DNA of 64,000 nucleotides, from NCBI GenBank assembly GCA_965197475.1, contig CBDANF010000003.1, positions 2,080,001 to 2,144,000 on the forward strand, written 5' to 3'. This DNA is from Candidatus Poribacteria bacterium. GTDB lineage: Bacteria; Poribacteria; WGA-4E; WGA-3G. Within the stretch, counting starts at the first letter, position 1. Each line of letters begins with the position of its first letter. Shown here piece after piece: positions 50,208 through 60,564 of the stretch. Made by a program: the position numbers and the translations under genes. Under the pieces are notes generated by a model. It did no database searches and was not told the origin of the DNA. It worked only from the letters and a program-made list of their open reading frames with translations.

Positions 50208-52299
50208 TCCTGAAGCAGAAACCGATTTTGATTTTCTCAAAACGTGTTACGGTTTTTCCGAGAACGCGCATAAAAAGCAGCTGCGAAAATCCGGCGAACC
50301 GTATTTCATGCATTGTGTGAGAACTGCCGAGATACTCGCGCAATTGCGATTGGACATGGACACAATCTGTGCGGGTTTAATGCACGATGTGTTAGAAGAT
50401 ACCGGTATCACACGTGGTGAGATGGAAAAGCGGTTTGGAAAAAATATCGCGCACTTGGTTGAAGGCGTAACAAAAATCGGTCGGTATAAATTTAGCGGGG
50501 GCCACCGCAAGCGACAAGCTGAAACATATAGGAAATTATTATTAGCTACCGCAGAAGATATGCGCGTCATCCTGATTAAACTGGCTGACAGACTCCACAA
50601 TATGGAAACTCTGGAGCATTTATCCGCTGAACAACAGCAACGGATTTCTAAAGAAACACTTGAAATTTACGCACCTATTGCACATCGACTCGGCATTTGG
50701 TCGATCATGGGTCGCCTTGAAGACCTCTCCCTCAAATATCTCCTCCCTGAAACATATAGAGAAATCGCTGACCTCCTCAATGAAAAGCTGGATGAACGGC
50801 AAGCATACTGTAAAAAAATGGAAGCCATTATTCATGGTGAACTAAAGAAACACGGCATCTCAGCAAACGTGAGGGGACGAACGAAACATATTTATAGTAT
50901 CTACCAGAAGATGAATCAGAAGGGAACTCCGTTTAAAGATATTTGTGATTTAGTGGGGCTTCGCGTGATTGTTGATGACGATTGGAATTGCTACAGCGCA
51001 CTTGGCGTGCTGCATCTGAGATGGAACTATCTCCCCGATCGGGTCCAAGATTGGATCGGTCAACCGAAGAAAAATGGGTATCAATCCTTACATACTACCA
51101 TTTTAGATGACGGAAAACCGATTGAGATACAGATTCGGAGTAAGGAGATGCATCAAATTGCTGAAAACGGGATCGCTGCACACTGGAGCTATAAGGAAGG
51201 GGTGCCAACAACGAAGGAAGCACTCTCCATCTTTGCTAATTACAAAGAGATGCTTGATGACATACAAGATACGCAAGATGTGCCGGATCGATTTATTGAG
51301 TCCATGAAACTGGAACTCTTCCAAGATGAGGTCTACGTCTTCACACCGAAAGGTGACATACACGCGCTGCCGGTAGGTTCCTCAGCAATTGATTTTGCCT
51401 ACAAAATTCACACCGACATCGGACACACATGTTGTGGTGCAGAAGTGAATAACGTGTTGACACAGATACGCGAACCCCTTCAAAACGGTGATAGGATTCT
51501 CATCCTAACCGACCCCAAAAGTACCCCAAGCCGGGCCTGGTTACGCATGGTAAAAACTACCAATGCCCGAACCAAAATACGCCACTGGTTCCGTGAAAAA
51601 GACCGATCAGATGCGATTGAATTAGGCAAGACATTTCTCAAAGCGGAACTTCAAGTTTCATACCTGAATGCAAACGATTATCTGAAATCCCCTAAACTAC
51701 TTGAGATTGCTCAACAACTCGGACTTAAGAGTGTCGAGGAACTTTGTATTCGGATCGGCAATGGAAGTGAATCTGCCACACAAATAGTCAATCAATTGAA
51801 ACCAGAAAAGCCAGAAGTAACGGCAGAAACACAATCAATACAACGTGTAGAACCCACTATCCAACTTGAAAACGGCATAGACTTAGGGATGGTGCGTGTT
51901 ATGAAATGTTGTCACCCGATTCCTGGGGACGACACCGTGGGTTACATCACGCGCGGGCGTGGTGTCTCTGTTCATAGGACTGGGTGCGCCCGGTTACTTG
52001 ATGAACCTGAACGGTTCGTCGCGGTCAATTGGCAACCGGTAGATGGGACAAACTATCCAGCGCAAATTTTTATTGAATGCCACGACAAACCTGGGATGTT
52101 AGGCGAAATTACAACTGCAATCGCCAAATTCCAAGTCAACATTCGAGAAGGAAACTTTAAAGCCTCCACCATTACCAGAATTGATGATATCGCTGCAGAT
52201 TCTTTTACGCTGGATGTAACCGGGGTAGAACAGTTGAAAGAGGTGATGGATGCGGTTAAACGTTTGAAAGGCGTAGAAAGCGTCATCCGAAAAATGTAA
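50167..52299 (+). CDS. relA: Bifunctional (p)ppGpp synthetase/hydrolase Rel
   Basis: HDVLED, KLADRLHN, NGYQSLHT, EIQIR, TGS (DFAYKIHT), CC.P.PGD and ACT domain. Confidence 0.96.
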   Translation: MSVESLIQKIQRHNPEAETDFDFLKTCYGFSENAHKKQLRKSGEPYFMHCVRTAEILAQLRLDMDTICAGLMHDVLEDTGITRGEMEKRFGKNIAHLVEGVTKIGRYKFSGGHRKRQAETYRKLLLATAEDMRVILIKLADRLHNMETLEHLSAEQQQRISKETLEIYAPIAHRLGIWSIMGRLEDLSLKYLLPETYREIADLLNEKLDERQAYCKKMEAIIHGELKKHGISANVRGRTKHIYSIYQKMNQKGTPFKDICDLVGLRVIVDDDWNCYSALGVLHLRWNYLPDRVQDWIGQPKKNGYQSLHTTILDDGKPIEIQIRSKEMHQIAENGIAAHWSYKEGVPTTKEALSIFANYKEMLDDIQDTQDVPDRFIESMKLELFQDEVYVFTPKGDIHALPVGSSAIDFAYKIHTDIGHTCCGAEVNNVLTQIREPLQNGDRILILTDPKSTPSRAWLRMVKTTNARTKIRHWFREKDRSDAIELGKTFLKAELQVSYLNANDYLKSPKLLEIAQQLGLKSVEELCIRIGNGSESATQIVNQLKPEKPEVTAETQSIQRVEPTIQLENGIDLGMVRVMKCCHPIPGDDTVGYITRGRGVSVHRTGCARLLDEPERFVAVNWQPVDGTNYPAQIFIECHDKPGMLGEITTAIAKFQVNIREGNFKASTITRIDDIAADSFTLDVTGVEQLKEVMDAVKRLKGVESVIRKM

Positions 52300-52304
52300 G
52301 GTCT

Positions 52305-52517
52305 TTACAAATCCGTTGACATACGGGAGATAACTTTAGTAACTTTGCCGCTCCGAATGCAGGACGTGCAGACTCGAATTCGCCTTGGTCCGTCTTCAGT
52401 CATAGTTCTAACACGTTGGAGGTTTGGAAGCCAACGACGTTTGGTGTGTCGGTCCGATACACTGATTTGATTACCTGTTCTTGGTCTTTTTCCACATAGG
52501 GTACATACTCTGGACAA
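52305..52517 (-). CDS. rpmB: 50S ribosomal protein L28 (Zn-ribbon form)
   Basis: SRVCTLCGK, TKRRWLPNLQ and VCTSC motifs. TTG start after ggaggt. Confidence 0.95.
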   Translation of the reverse strand: MSRVCTLCGKRPRTGNQISVSDRHTKRRWLPNLQRVRTMTEDGPRRIRVCTSCIRSGKVTKVISRMSTDL

Positions 52518-52589
52518 TTTAAACACCTCCTTCTCTTTTGAATTTTAGTGTAAACTTAACATTTAAAGAATACCATATTGGATAAGCAA

Positions 52590-53378
52590 ATGCAAATTTT
52601 TCTTTCTAAAAATCGTTTATTCCTTTCTCTACTTATTCTAACGGTCTTTTTTGCTTGTGGGACCGAGGAAAAAGAAACTCCAAAACTACCTGTTCAACCA
52701 GAACCAATTCTATACGGTACTGTGTCCGGAACTGTTACCGATGCAATGACAAACAACCCAATCCCTGGTGCTGTCGTAAAGTTATTTGGATTAGAGGTCC
52801 AAACTGAAGTTGACGGAATTTTCGTGTTTCACGGGATCCCTTATTTAGAGGAACAAACGATAACGGTTAACGATCCCGACTATCAAACATATTCACACGT
52901 TTTCACGATCAACCAAGCACGCAAGGATGTAGATGTTGCTTTAACACCTCTCAAAGACCCTACGGACGAATTAAACGCTTTTCTTGAAAGTTTTTCGGAA
53001 CTGCTTGAGTCATTAGACCCAGAAAACCTTCCAGCAATTCAGGCGCGCTTTTCAGAATCTTATGTCGCTTCCGACGACCCTATCACGAATTTGGGTATCT
53101 TCTCAGGTGTAGTTCCTTCAAATTATGAAGGTGTAATCCCAACCTGCACAAACTTGTTCGACAAATATTCTTGGTTAGAATTCGTGTTTAAAAACAGAGA
53201 GATGGATATAATCCATGCGAGAAAAGCATCAATTGGACTATTGATAGACGTAGACTCTGAAAATGCGGAAGACGGAAATCTCAGCCACCTTGAGGCAAAG
53301 TGTGTTTTTGAGTTTCGTCGTGAAGATACTGATTGGAAAATTGTCTACTGGCAGCTTTTGAGTTTAGACGTTCGCTAG
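52590..53378 (+). CDS. Lipoprotein with a carboxypeptidase-regulatory-like domain and NTF2-like C-terminus
   Basis: Lipobox FFAC, GTVSGTVTDA..PIPGAVV, C-terminal FRREDTDWKIV. Confidence 0.7.
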   Translation: MQIFLSKNRLFLSLLILTVFFACGTEEKETPKLPVQPEPILYGTVSGTVTDAMTNNPIPGAVVKLFGLEVQTEVDGIFVFHGIPYLEEQTITVNDPDYQTYSHVFTINQARKDVDVALTPLKDPTDELNAFLESFSELLESLDPENLPAIQARFSESYVASDDPITNLGIFSGVVPSNYEGVIPTCTNLFDKYSWLEFVFKNREMDIIHARKASIGLLIDVDSENAEDGNLSHLEAKCVFEFRREDTDWKIVYWQLLSLDVR

Positions 53379-54221
53379 TAACAGGTTTGCTAATGCAGCA
53401 AATTCGGTAATATCTAACGTTTCAGCACGCCGTTGCGGTGCGATGTCTAATTCGGCAAATGCAGCACTTAGCGTTTCTGCCGATGCAAATCGACGCAACG
53501 AGTTTTTGAGCATTTTTCGCCTTCCCCGAAACGCCTCCCTAACAACCCTAAAAAAGTACTCTTCGTCGTTCACTACGACTCTCGGTGCATCGCGCATTGT
53601 CAGTTTCAACAGTGCTGAGTCCACTTGTGGCGCAGGGAAAAAATTATCTGGTGAGAGTATTCCAATCAACGCAGTATCAACGTGATAGGAAATACCAATA
53701 GTCAATGCGCCGTAGTCTTTCCCGCCGGGTGGGGCGACAATCCGTTCAGCGACCTCCCGCTGCATCATTAAAACACAACTGCTGAGCTGGTTTGCGTGTT
53801 CCAGAAGTTTCCATAAAACCGGTGCAGTTATACCGTACGGGAGATTCGCTATAACCTTCGGACGTGTATTCGGAGGAAAAAGCGATGAAAACTCTAATTC
53901 AAGAATATCGGCGTGAACTATTTGTATATCCGCATCAGTTTTAAATTGGGATTCTAATTCTTTATATAAGATCGGATCAACTTCAATGGCTATGACGGTT
54001 TTTGCTTGTGCTGCCAACGCCGCTGTAAGGCATCCGAGTCCAGCACCGATTTCAATGACCACATCGGTATTTGTCACTTCGCCAGCTTCAATGATAATTG
54101 ATAAAACATCGGGGTTGATGAGGAAGTGCTGTCCTAATTGTTTTTTGGGGTGTACGCGGTGCATCTTGAGAAATGCGCGTGCTTGCTGCTGAAGTGTGAT
54201 CGGTTCAAGATTTGTCTTCAT
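53364..54221 (-). CDS. rsmA: 16S rRNA adenine dimethyltransferase
   Basis: KQLGQHFL, EIGAGLG, ANLPY, QREVAER, P.VDS and RAETL motifs. Confidence 0.96.
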   Translation of the reverse strand: MKTNLEPITLQQQARAFLKMHRVHPKKQLGQHFLINPDVLSIIIEAGEVTNTDVVIEIGAGLGCLTAALAAQAKTVIAIEVDPILYKELESQFKTDADIQIVHADILELEFSSLFPPNTRPKVIANLPYGITAPVLWKLLEHANQLSSCVLMMQREVAERIVAPPGGKDYGALTIGISYHVDTALIGILSPDNFFPAPQVDSALLKLTMRDAPRVVVNDEEYFFRVVREAFRGRRKMLKNSLRRFASAETLSAAFAELDIAPQRRAETLDITEFAALANLLLANV

Positions 54222-54371
54222 TACAATACTTTGAAATGTCTATTAAACTCGTGATTTTGAAGGAAGTCATATTGAGTAAAACATAAAGATGTGGTAAAAT
54301 AGGGAAAGAAAAGGGGATCTTTACGCCCCTTTCTACCTCATATATCCATTCACATTATGAAAGATGTTATT

Positions 54372-55100
54372 ATGACAGACAAGACTCAAAAGCCCAAAAA
54401 TACAAATGTATTCCGAAGCAGGTTTCCCGTAAAGATTTCAATCGTTATATCTTACCACATTTAGCGAAACGAGTCAAAGGCCCGAAACCGAAACTCTCCT
54501 TGGACAAGATATTCAACTATATCCTCTATGTTTTACATACGGGTATTCAATGGGATCAACTCCGAACCCGGCATCCTGAACTCCATTGGTCTAATATCTA
54601 TAAATGGCATAATCGGTGGTCAAAAGATGGCTCGTATCAGAAACTTTTTGAGGCATCAGTGATACACCTGCTTGACACCGACCAACAGCCCGATAACCAT
54701 CAAACCTGTCAACCAACATGGGACAAAGATTTTGCCCGAAACATTCACCGATCTTATCGCCTTTGCTAATCGTATTGGAATGGACCTCAATGCTTCCGTT
54801 CTAACACTGGATTCCGGTTTTGATTCCAAAAAGAATCATAAGATTATCAAACAACACGGCTGCTCCCAGTGATATCCGAACCGGCGGAATGCCAAAGAAC
54901 CTATTGTAATTGCCCGTCCGTTCCGGTGGTTTAACAAAGAAATGGACAAAGACCGATATAAAGTGGAGCGAACCTTGGGTTGGCAAGAGACTTATCGGAA
55001 ACTTGCCCTTAGTTATGATAAACTCAAAGAAACACGCTTAGGTTTTCGTAATTTAGCATATTCAATGATAAACTTTCGGAGAACTTTCAACGATGCTTAG
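54372..55100 (+). mobile_element. IS5-family transposase pseudogene (frameshifts, internal deletion)
   Basis: ILYVLHTGIQW, IYKWHNRWSKDG, TLDSGFD and RYKVERTLGW fragments in different frames. Confidence 0.8.
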
Positions 55101-55151
55101 CTCTTACTCGCTATGAGTTCTACATGTAATTCGGTGCCGCATGAAAAGGCG

Positions 55152-55320
55152 TTATTGGAAAAACGAGGGATCCCACAGAAGTACTGTACCATCCCAACTT
55201 CCGCTTGCAAGTGTACTACCGTCGGCACTGAATACAACACTCCTAATTCCTTGTGCATGTCCTGTAAATGTTGTTTTTGGCTTACCGGTAGCAACATCTC
55301 ATAAATACACATTTTCTTTT
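55152..55320 (-). pseudogene. Orphan last repeat of a WD40 protein
   Basis: VYL*DVATGKPKTTFTGHAQGIRSVVFSADGSTLASGSWDGTVLLWD with TGA in place of TGG and no start codon. Confidence 0.8.
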
Positions 55321-55432
55321 CTTAAAGGTTTTGCCAAGTATGTTATCATCTTTACAATAGATGCCATATAATGCGGTTAAGAGGGGTACCGATAGTTCAG
55401 ACATCATTAGTTAGGCAATACCCTCCTTGGGT

Positions 55433-56557
55433 TTATCCCTCTTCAATTGCTTCAACATTAGCACGGGGCAATGTAGCTTTTTCACCATCTCCAAATTCAA
55501 CTTGTAGCACCCGCACCTCTGCTTCAGTTTCCAATTTTTGTAGTTTAATCGGTAATTCAGTCACGCGTCCCAATTTTCCGAAATGCGGTTCACGAATAAT
55601 TCGGACAGGACTGCCGATCTCTAATAATCCCACAGTTGCGTCAGCATCTGTGTCTTTACCTTCTGAAACAAAAGGAATAACAATCTCAGGACGTACAACC
55701 CCAGCGCGAATCTGCGTAGCACCGTTGATAGAGGTTTTCATTCCTTCACGCGCTTTTAGTAGTGCAAAAGTCCGTTCAGCCATCGCGATGCTTCCAAAAC
55801 CTTCGGTGATGACAAGTGTGATACCAAGTTTTTCAGAACCGGTAATTGCCACGCCAAGTTCATAACCGAGAAGTTGCCGTAGGTCCGCGTCATCAATACC
55901 ACCCGCGATGATACCACTTACACCAAGTTCAACAGATTTCTGAATCACATCGGTTGTAATCAACGAACCTCCGACGATTATACTGCCGCTGTGTTCTGGT
56001 AATATCTGTTCTGCTGACAACGTATCACTCGGTGAATTGGCCACGACGACTAAGTCTCCTAATGTTTCGCCGCCAACCCCAAAGATACCTTGGATATAAG
56101 TACCATAAGTTTCCACAGTGACACCTTCGTTAGGGACAGTTTCTGTTACCGTGCCATCTGTGTATGCTTTGACTTCAACAGGGATAGGTGGTTCGCGAAG
56201 GATTACTTGCCCCGTGACATCGGATATGGACTCAATCGTGCCATCAATCGGAGAAAGTACCTGTGATTTGAAAAGACCGAAAAGTCCTTTTGTTGTGGCG
56301 ATAATTTCGTCTTTTGAGATGGCTTCACCTACGGGTTTGAGCATGTATTCTTCAACTTCGTTCGGTTGAACACTGAGTAAATTAGCAACGTTTAGTAGTT
56401 GAACGTTGCCGGGCAGATCTGCTTTTGCAACAACGTCTTCTGCTTTAACTGCTGCACCGGCTTCAACAAGCACCTCGCCTTCAAGCGGTAGCCTGCGTTT
56501 TTTTTTAATTGTCATCCTCTCCGTGACTTTAAGTCCGGGGGTATATGCATGCGCCAT
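55433..56557 (-). CDS. Conserved hypothetical protein with barrel-sandwich-hybrid motifs and a C-terminal KOW motif
   Basis: GEVLVEAGAAV, SPIDGTI and TEGFG motifs, IGSPVRIIREPHFGKLGRV. Confidence 0.75.
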   Translation of the reverse strand: MAHAYTPGLKVTERMTIKKKRRLPLEGEVLVEAGAAVKAEDVVAKADLPGNVQLLNVANLLSVQPNEVEEYMLKPVGEAISKDEIIATTKGLFGLFKSQVLSPIDGTIESISDVTGQVILREPPIPVEVKAYTDGTVTETVPNEGVTVETYGTYIQGIFGVGGETLGDLVVVANSPSDTLSAEQILPEHSGSIIVGGSLITTDVIQKSVELGVSGIIAGGIDDADLRQLLGYELGVAITGSEKLGITLVITEGFGSIAMAERTFALLKAREGMKTSINGATQIRAGVVRPEIVIPFVSEGKDTDADATVGLLEIGSPVRIIREPHFGKLGRVTELPIKLQKLETEAEVRVLQVEFGDGEKATLPRANVEAIEEG

Positions 56558-56650
56558 TAATTGCCTCTATTTCAAGATGTATTATAGTTCTTCTATTATC
56601 AATAAGTTTATGGTAAAATGGAATAAAAAATTTGTTTAGGTGAAATAACA

Positions 56651-57494
56651 ATGTCAACCCAAAGGGTCGCTTACAAAACTGATAAAAATATGCCAACCCC
56701 AGCGCAACTTGCCGAAATGGGACGCGAACTCCAATTTTACCCAAGCATTACCCAAAATCCAACTGTGCTTATCCCACAGCAAGTGGCTGATTTCAACAGC
56801 GTCGGATATATCAAAAGCATTCCAATTTTCAATGGAGTTGAGATCAGTGAACACCGCCAATACTTTGATGCATTGTTAGCGAACGTGCTGTCGGCAGGTG
56901 GGAGTAGTTACTCAATTATCTCCGCCCACATGAAATATGGAAAAGTCTATGACATCCTCACACATCCAAAGATTGTAGCATGTGTGAAAGACCTACTTGG
57001 TAAGGATGTAATCGGTTGGGGTGCGCACTACTTATGCAAAATGCCGCACGATCCGAAAACCGCCGGTTGGCATCAAGATGCTAGCTACTGGCCCCTCACA
57101 CCTTCTAAAACCGTTACCGTTTGGCTCGCGATTGACGATGCAACCGTTGAAAACGGTGCCATGCGTTTTATCGCAGGTTCACATCACAAAGGGTATTTGA
57201 CATCTCAACACAGTAGACCGGAAGACAACAGTGTGTTGGGTCAAATCGTTGAAAATGCCGAGCAGTACGGCGAACCCGTTAACGTTGAACTGAAAGCAGG
57301 TGAAATTTCCATCCATACCGACCTACTTTTGCACGGGTCAAACGCCAATCCTTCACCTAAGCGACGATGCGGGCTCACGCTACTGCACCACTGATGTCCA
57401 AGCATCCTTTCGCTGGGATAGAGAAGGTGTCGTCGTAAGTGGTAATGATAGCAGCGGTCTCTGGGGCAACCCACCACGTCCGACTACCGATTAA
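56651..57494 (+). pseudogene. Phytanoyl-CoA dioxygenase (PhyH) family gene with a frameshift near its 3' end
   Basis: WHQD, VWLAIDDA..NG and LHGS..N motifs. The expected GLTLRYC is broken at about 57380 and the tail YCTTDV..NPPRP is in the next frame. Confidence 0.8.
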
Positions 57495-57619
57495 TCCCAC
57501 AGATGTGTAAATGCACGCGACTGGGTATTTTCTTTTATTAAAATTATACCACATTTCGGGAAAGTAGTCAAATGTAGTGAACTTTCGGATAGCAATCTTG
57601 AGAGTGTTGTTTCCTTCTT

Positions 57620-57930
57620 TTATTTCACATCGCACCGTAAAAATGCTAAAGACGCTGCCATAAACAGAAGTAACACAAGTGAGGCTAACAACGTCAAGTC
57701 CAACATCGCACCTCCGAGAGTGATATTCAGCACCATCTGTTCTGAAAACTTAGGAATGCTATTAAAAGCAACCGGTTTTTGGGATAACTCTTCCTTTATA
57801 AGATAGACATGATAACTTTCGTTGTCTGCTCTGTCCTCTGATCTGATGAAATCAATAAACTGTTGTCTGTAGTGGCGCGCTTGTTGGACAAATCTTGGCT
57901 CATGTAAAGAATGAGTGCTAATGAAAAAGT
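57620..57930 (-). pseudogene. C-terminal remnant of an ABC-2 type permease (DUF3526-like)
   Basis: Start-less frame RFVQQARHYRQQF..IPKFSE..DLTLLASLVLLLFMAASLAFLRCDVK*. Confidence 0.65.
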
Positions 57931-58195
57931 TTAACCCGCGTGGCCGTTGCCTTCATTATAAACAACCACACACTTTTTACATGAGCGAACAGACTTTACT
58001 AAACAGCGATAGTAGGAGACGAAGCCTTGGAAAACACACAACTTTCAAACATCTACAAAATGTGGAAAATCCTTAAATTGACACCTATGGGTTTCACGTT
58101 GTTCTACCCCAACGGATGCCATAAGCGCATTCGGCGTTGATTCCCTACGGTTTTAGTCAAACTCACGTTATAATTATGGATTTTACTTACGATAA

Positions 58196-58226
58196 TAGGC
58201 GCGCCCTAAACAAAGAGCGCGCCTAC
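58196..58226 (-). repeat. GTAG REP-like hairpin, possible terminator after EF-G2
   Basis: gtaggcgcgctct-ttgtt-tagggcgcgccta on the minus strand. Confidence 0.55.
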
Positions 58227-58270
58227 TGATGAACAGAACATGTGTTTACTGAAAGAGAACTTATCAGCGG

Positions 58271-60346
58271 TTACGACTCGTCCTCATCCTGCTTTGAGGC
58301 GGCAATTACTTTTTGAGCAACGTCATCAGGAACAATCTCATAACGTTCGAATTCCATGGTGAAGTTGCCTCGCGCACTCGTCATCGATTTCAGATCAATA
58401 GAATAACGGAGCATCTCTGAATGCGGCACCAGAGCTTGAATTACTTGACGTTTGCCTACCTGTTCAACACCCATCACCTGTCCCCGTCGTCCGTTCAGGT
58501 CACCGATGATACTTCCCATAAACTGTTCCGGCACAGAAATCGAGACGTTCATAATCGGTTCAAGCAAGCACGGTTCCGCCTGTTGCACGGCAGTGGCAAA
58601 TGCGAGAGAGCCAGCGATTTGGAATGCCATATCCGAAGAATCCACTTGGTGGTGTTTTCCATCGTGCAGGTTAATCTGGATATCAACTAATGGGTATCCT
58701 GCTATTGATCCTCGTTCCATTCTTTGACGGATGCCTTTTTCTACTGCCGGAATGTAGTTGCTCGGAATCGCTCCCCCTTTAATGTTGTCAACAAACTCAA
58801 ACCCTTGACCACGTTCTAACGGTGCAAGGTTAATCGTGACATCTCCGAATTGTCCTTTACCACCCGATTGCTTTTTGTGTCTCTCTTGAACATCTTGCAC
58901 GCTTTTGCGAACCGTTTCTTGATAAGCCACTTTCGGGGGGGCAAGCTGCGTTTCTACACCGAATTTCTCAACAATTCGCTGACGATTCACGTTAATGTGA
59001 AGTTCACCTAAACCGGAAACCAACAGTTGCTTCGTAACGTCGTTTCGTTCAATCTTGAAAACAGGGTCTTCCTCACCCATCCGTGTCAGAGCAGGGATAA
59101 GTTTTTCGTCATCACCTTCTCGCTTCGGACTAATGGCGTAAGAGATGACCGTGTTTGGAAACTCAATTCCAGGAAGTTTAATAGGGGCATCTCTGGCACA
59201 CAACGTATCTCCTGTCCGTGTAATGCTGAGTTTGGTCAGTGCGCCGATATCGCCAGCCACTACACCAGGCGTGTTAACGGCTTGTTTGCCGCTCATGAAT
59301 GCGGGTTTTCCAAGCCGTTCTAACTCCCCTCGCGTAGAATTGTTCACCTGTAAATCACCCATCAGGGTTCCAGAGTAGACTCGAAAGAAGCTGAGCTGCC
59401 CTGAAAACGGATCGGCAATAGTCTTGAAAACCAGAGCAGATAGAGAGGCATCCGAAGAAGGTTCACGTGTCTTCGATTCGTCTTCAACATCTTGCACTGG
59501 ACCGGCTTGTACGGGAGATGGACAACAACTAATAAGCATATCCATCAATTGCTGAACACCGATGTTTTTCAACGCGGCCCCACATAATACCGGAACAAAC
59601 TGATTCTCAAAAATACCAGTTTGCAATCCTTCCTGAATTTCCTCTTCAGAGAGTTCACCTTCGAAAAACTTCTCTATGAGTTCATCATCGCTTTCAGCGG
59701 CGACTTCAACAAGTGCTTCTCGGGATTCTTCAGCGTCACCCGCTAAGTCGTCAGGAATATCAGATTTCGCAACACGTGCGTTTCCATCGGGTTCAAGAAA
59801 TGCACCATCTTGAATCACATCCACAATACCCGTAAACTGATCCTCTTTTCCAATTGGGAGTTGAATCGGGACAGCGCGTGTCTCTAAGATCTCCGTAATA
59901 CTTGCGAGTGCGTTTTCAAAACTTGCGTTCACCTTATCCATCTTGTTGATGAAGATAATCCTTGGCAGTTCATATTTATCCGCTACCTCCCAAACCTTTT
60001 CTGTTCCGCCCTCTACTCCTGTTGTAGCATCCACGACTACGATAACCGCGTCAACAACGCGAAGAACACCGTGAAGATCACCATAAAAATCCTCTGCCCC
60101 GGGTGTATCAATAAGATTGAGTTTATGTTCTTCCCATTCCGCAATACACACTGAACAATTAAGTGAAGTTTTGCGTTCTATCTCATCAGAGGCATAGTCA
60201 GCGACCGTGTCTCCGTCATCCACAGTCCCCATTCGCTCAATGGCACCGCCGTTATAGAGCATCGCTTCAATTAGCGATGTCTTACCAGCCCCTGAATGAG
60301 CAATAATTCCGATGTTCCGAATTTCTTCTGTTCTGTATTGTCTCAT
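58271..60346 (-). CDS. fusA: Elongation factor G paralogue (EF-G2 type)
   Basis: AHSGAGKT, DTPG, NKMD, GLGELH, KKQSGGKGQF, VDSS and LLEPIM motifs. G2 reads RKTSL instead of RGITI. Confidence 0.9.
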   Translation of the reverse strand: MRQYRTEEIRNIGIIAHSGAGKTSLIEAMLYNGGAIERMGTVDDGDTVADYASDEIERKTSLNCSVCIAEWEEHKLNLIDTPGAEDFYGDLHGVLRVVDAVIVVVDATTGVEGGTEKVWEVADKYELPRIIFINKMDKVNASFENALASITEILETRAVPIQLPIGKEDQFTGIVDVIQDGAFLEPDGNARVAKSDIPDDLAGDAEESREALVEVAAESDDELIEKFFEGELSEEEIQEGLQTGIFENQFVPVLCGAALKNIGVQQLMDMLISCCPSPVQAGPVQDVEDESKTREPSSDASLSALVFKTIADPFSGQLSFFRVYSGTLMGDLQVNNSTRGELERLGKPAFMSGKQAVNTPGVVAGDIGALTKLSITRTGDTLCARDAPIKLPGIEFPNTVISYAISPKREGDDEKLIPALTRMGEEDPVFKIERNDVTKQLLVSGLGELHINVNRQRIVEKFGVETQLAPPKVAYQETVRKSVQDVQERHKKQSGGKGQFGDVTINLAPLERGQGFEFVDNIKGGAIPSNYIPAVEKGIRQRMERGSIAGYPLVDIQINLHDGKHHQVDSSDMAFQIAGSLAFATAVQQAEPCLLEPIMNVSISVPEQFMGSIIGDLNGRRGQVMGVEQVGKRQVIQALVPHSEMLRYSIDLKSMTSARGNFTMEFERYEIVPDDVAQKVIAASKQDEDES

Positions 60347-60564
60347 TTGTAGAAAGTTCTCCTTTTGTAACCACACGGAATAGGTCAAACTATGCCGTTA
60401 TTAAGATAAACTATTTTAGCATATATGACAAAAAAATTTCAACAAAAACCGTAGCAGCAAATTCGTTTGCCATCAGTAGGCTGTCTTAAAGAATTAATTT
60501 CCAAATTCTATTTATATCGGTTATAATGAATTTTAATCACGAATTTATGGAAGGTGGAGTGAAC

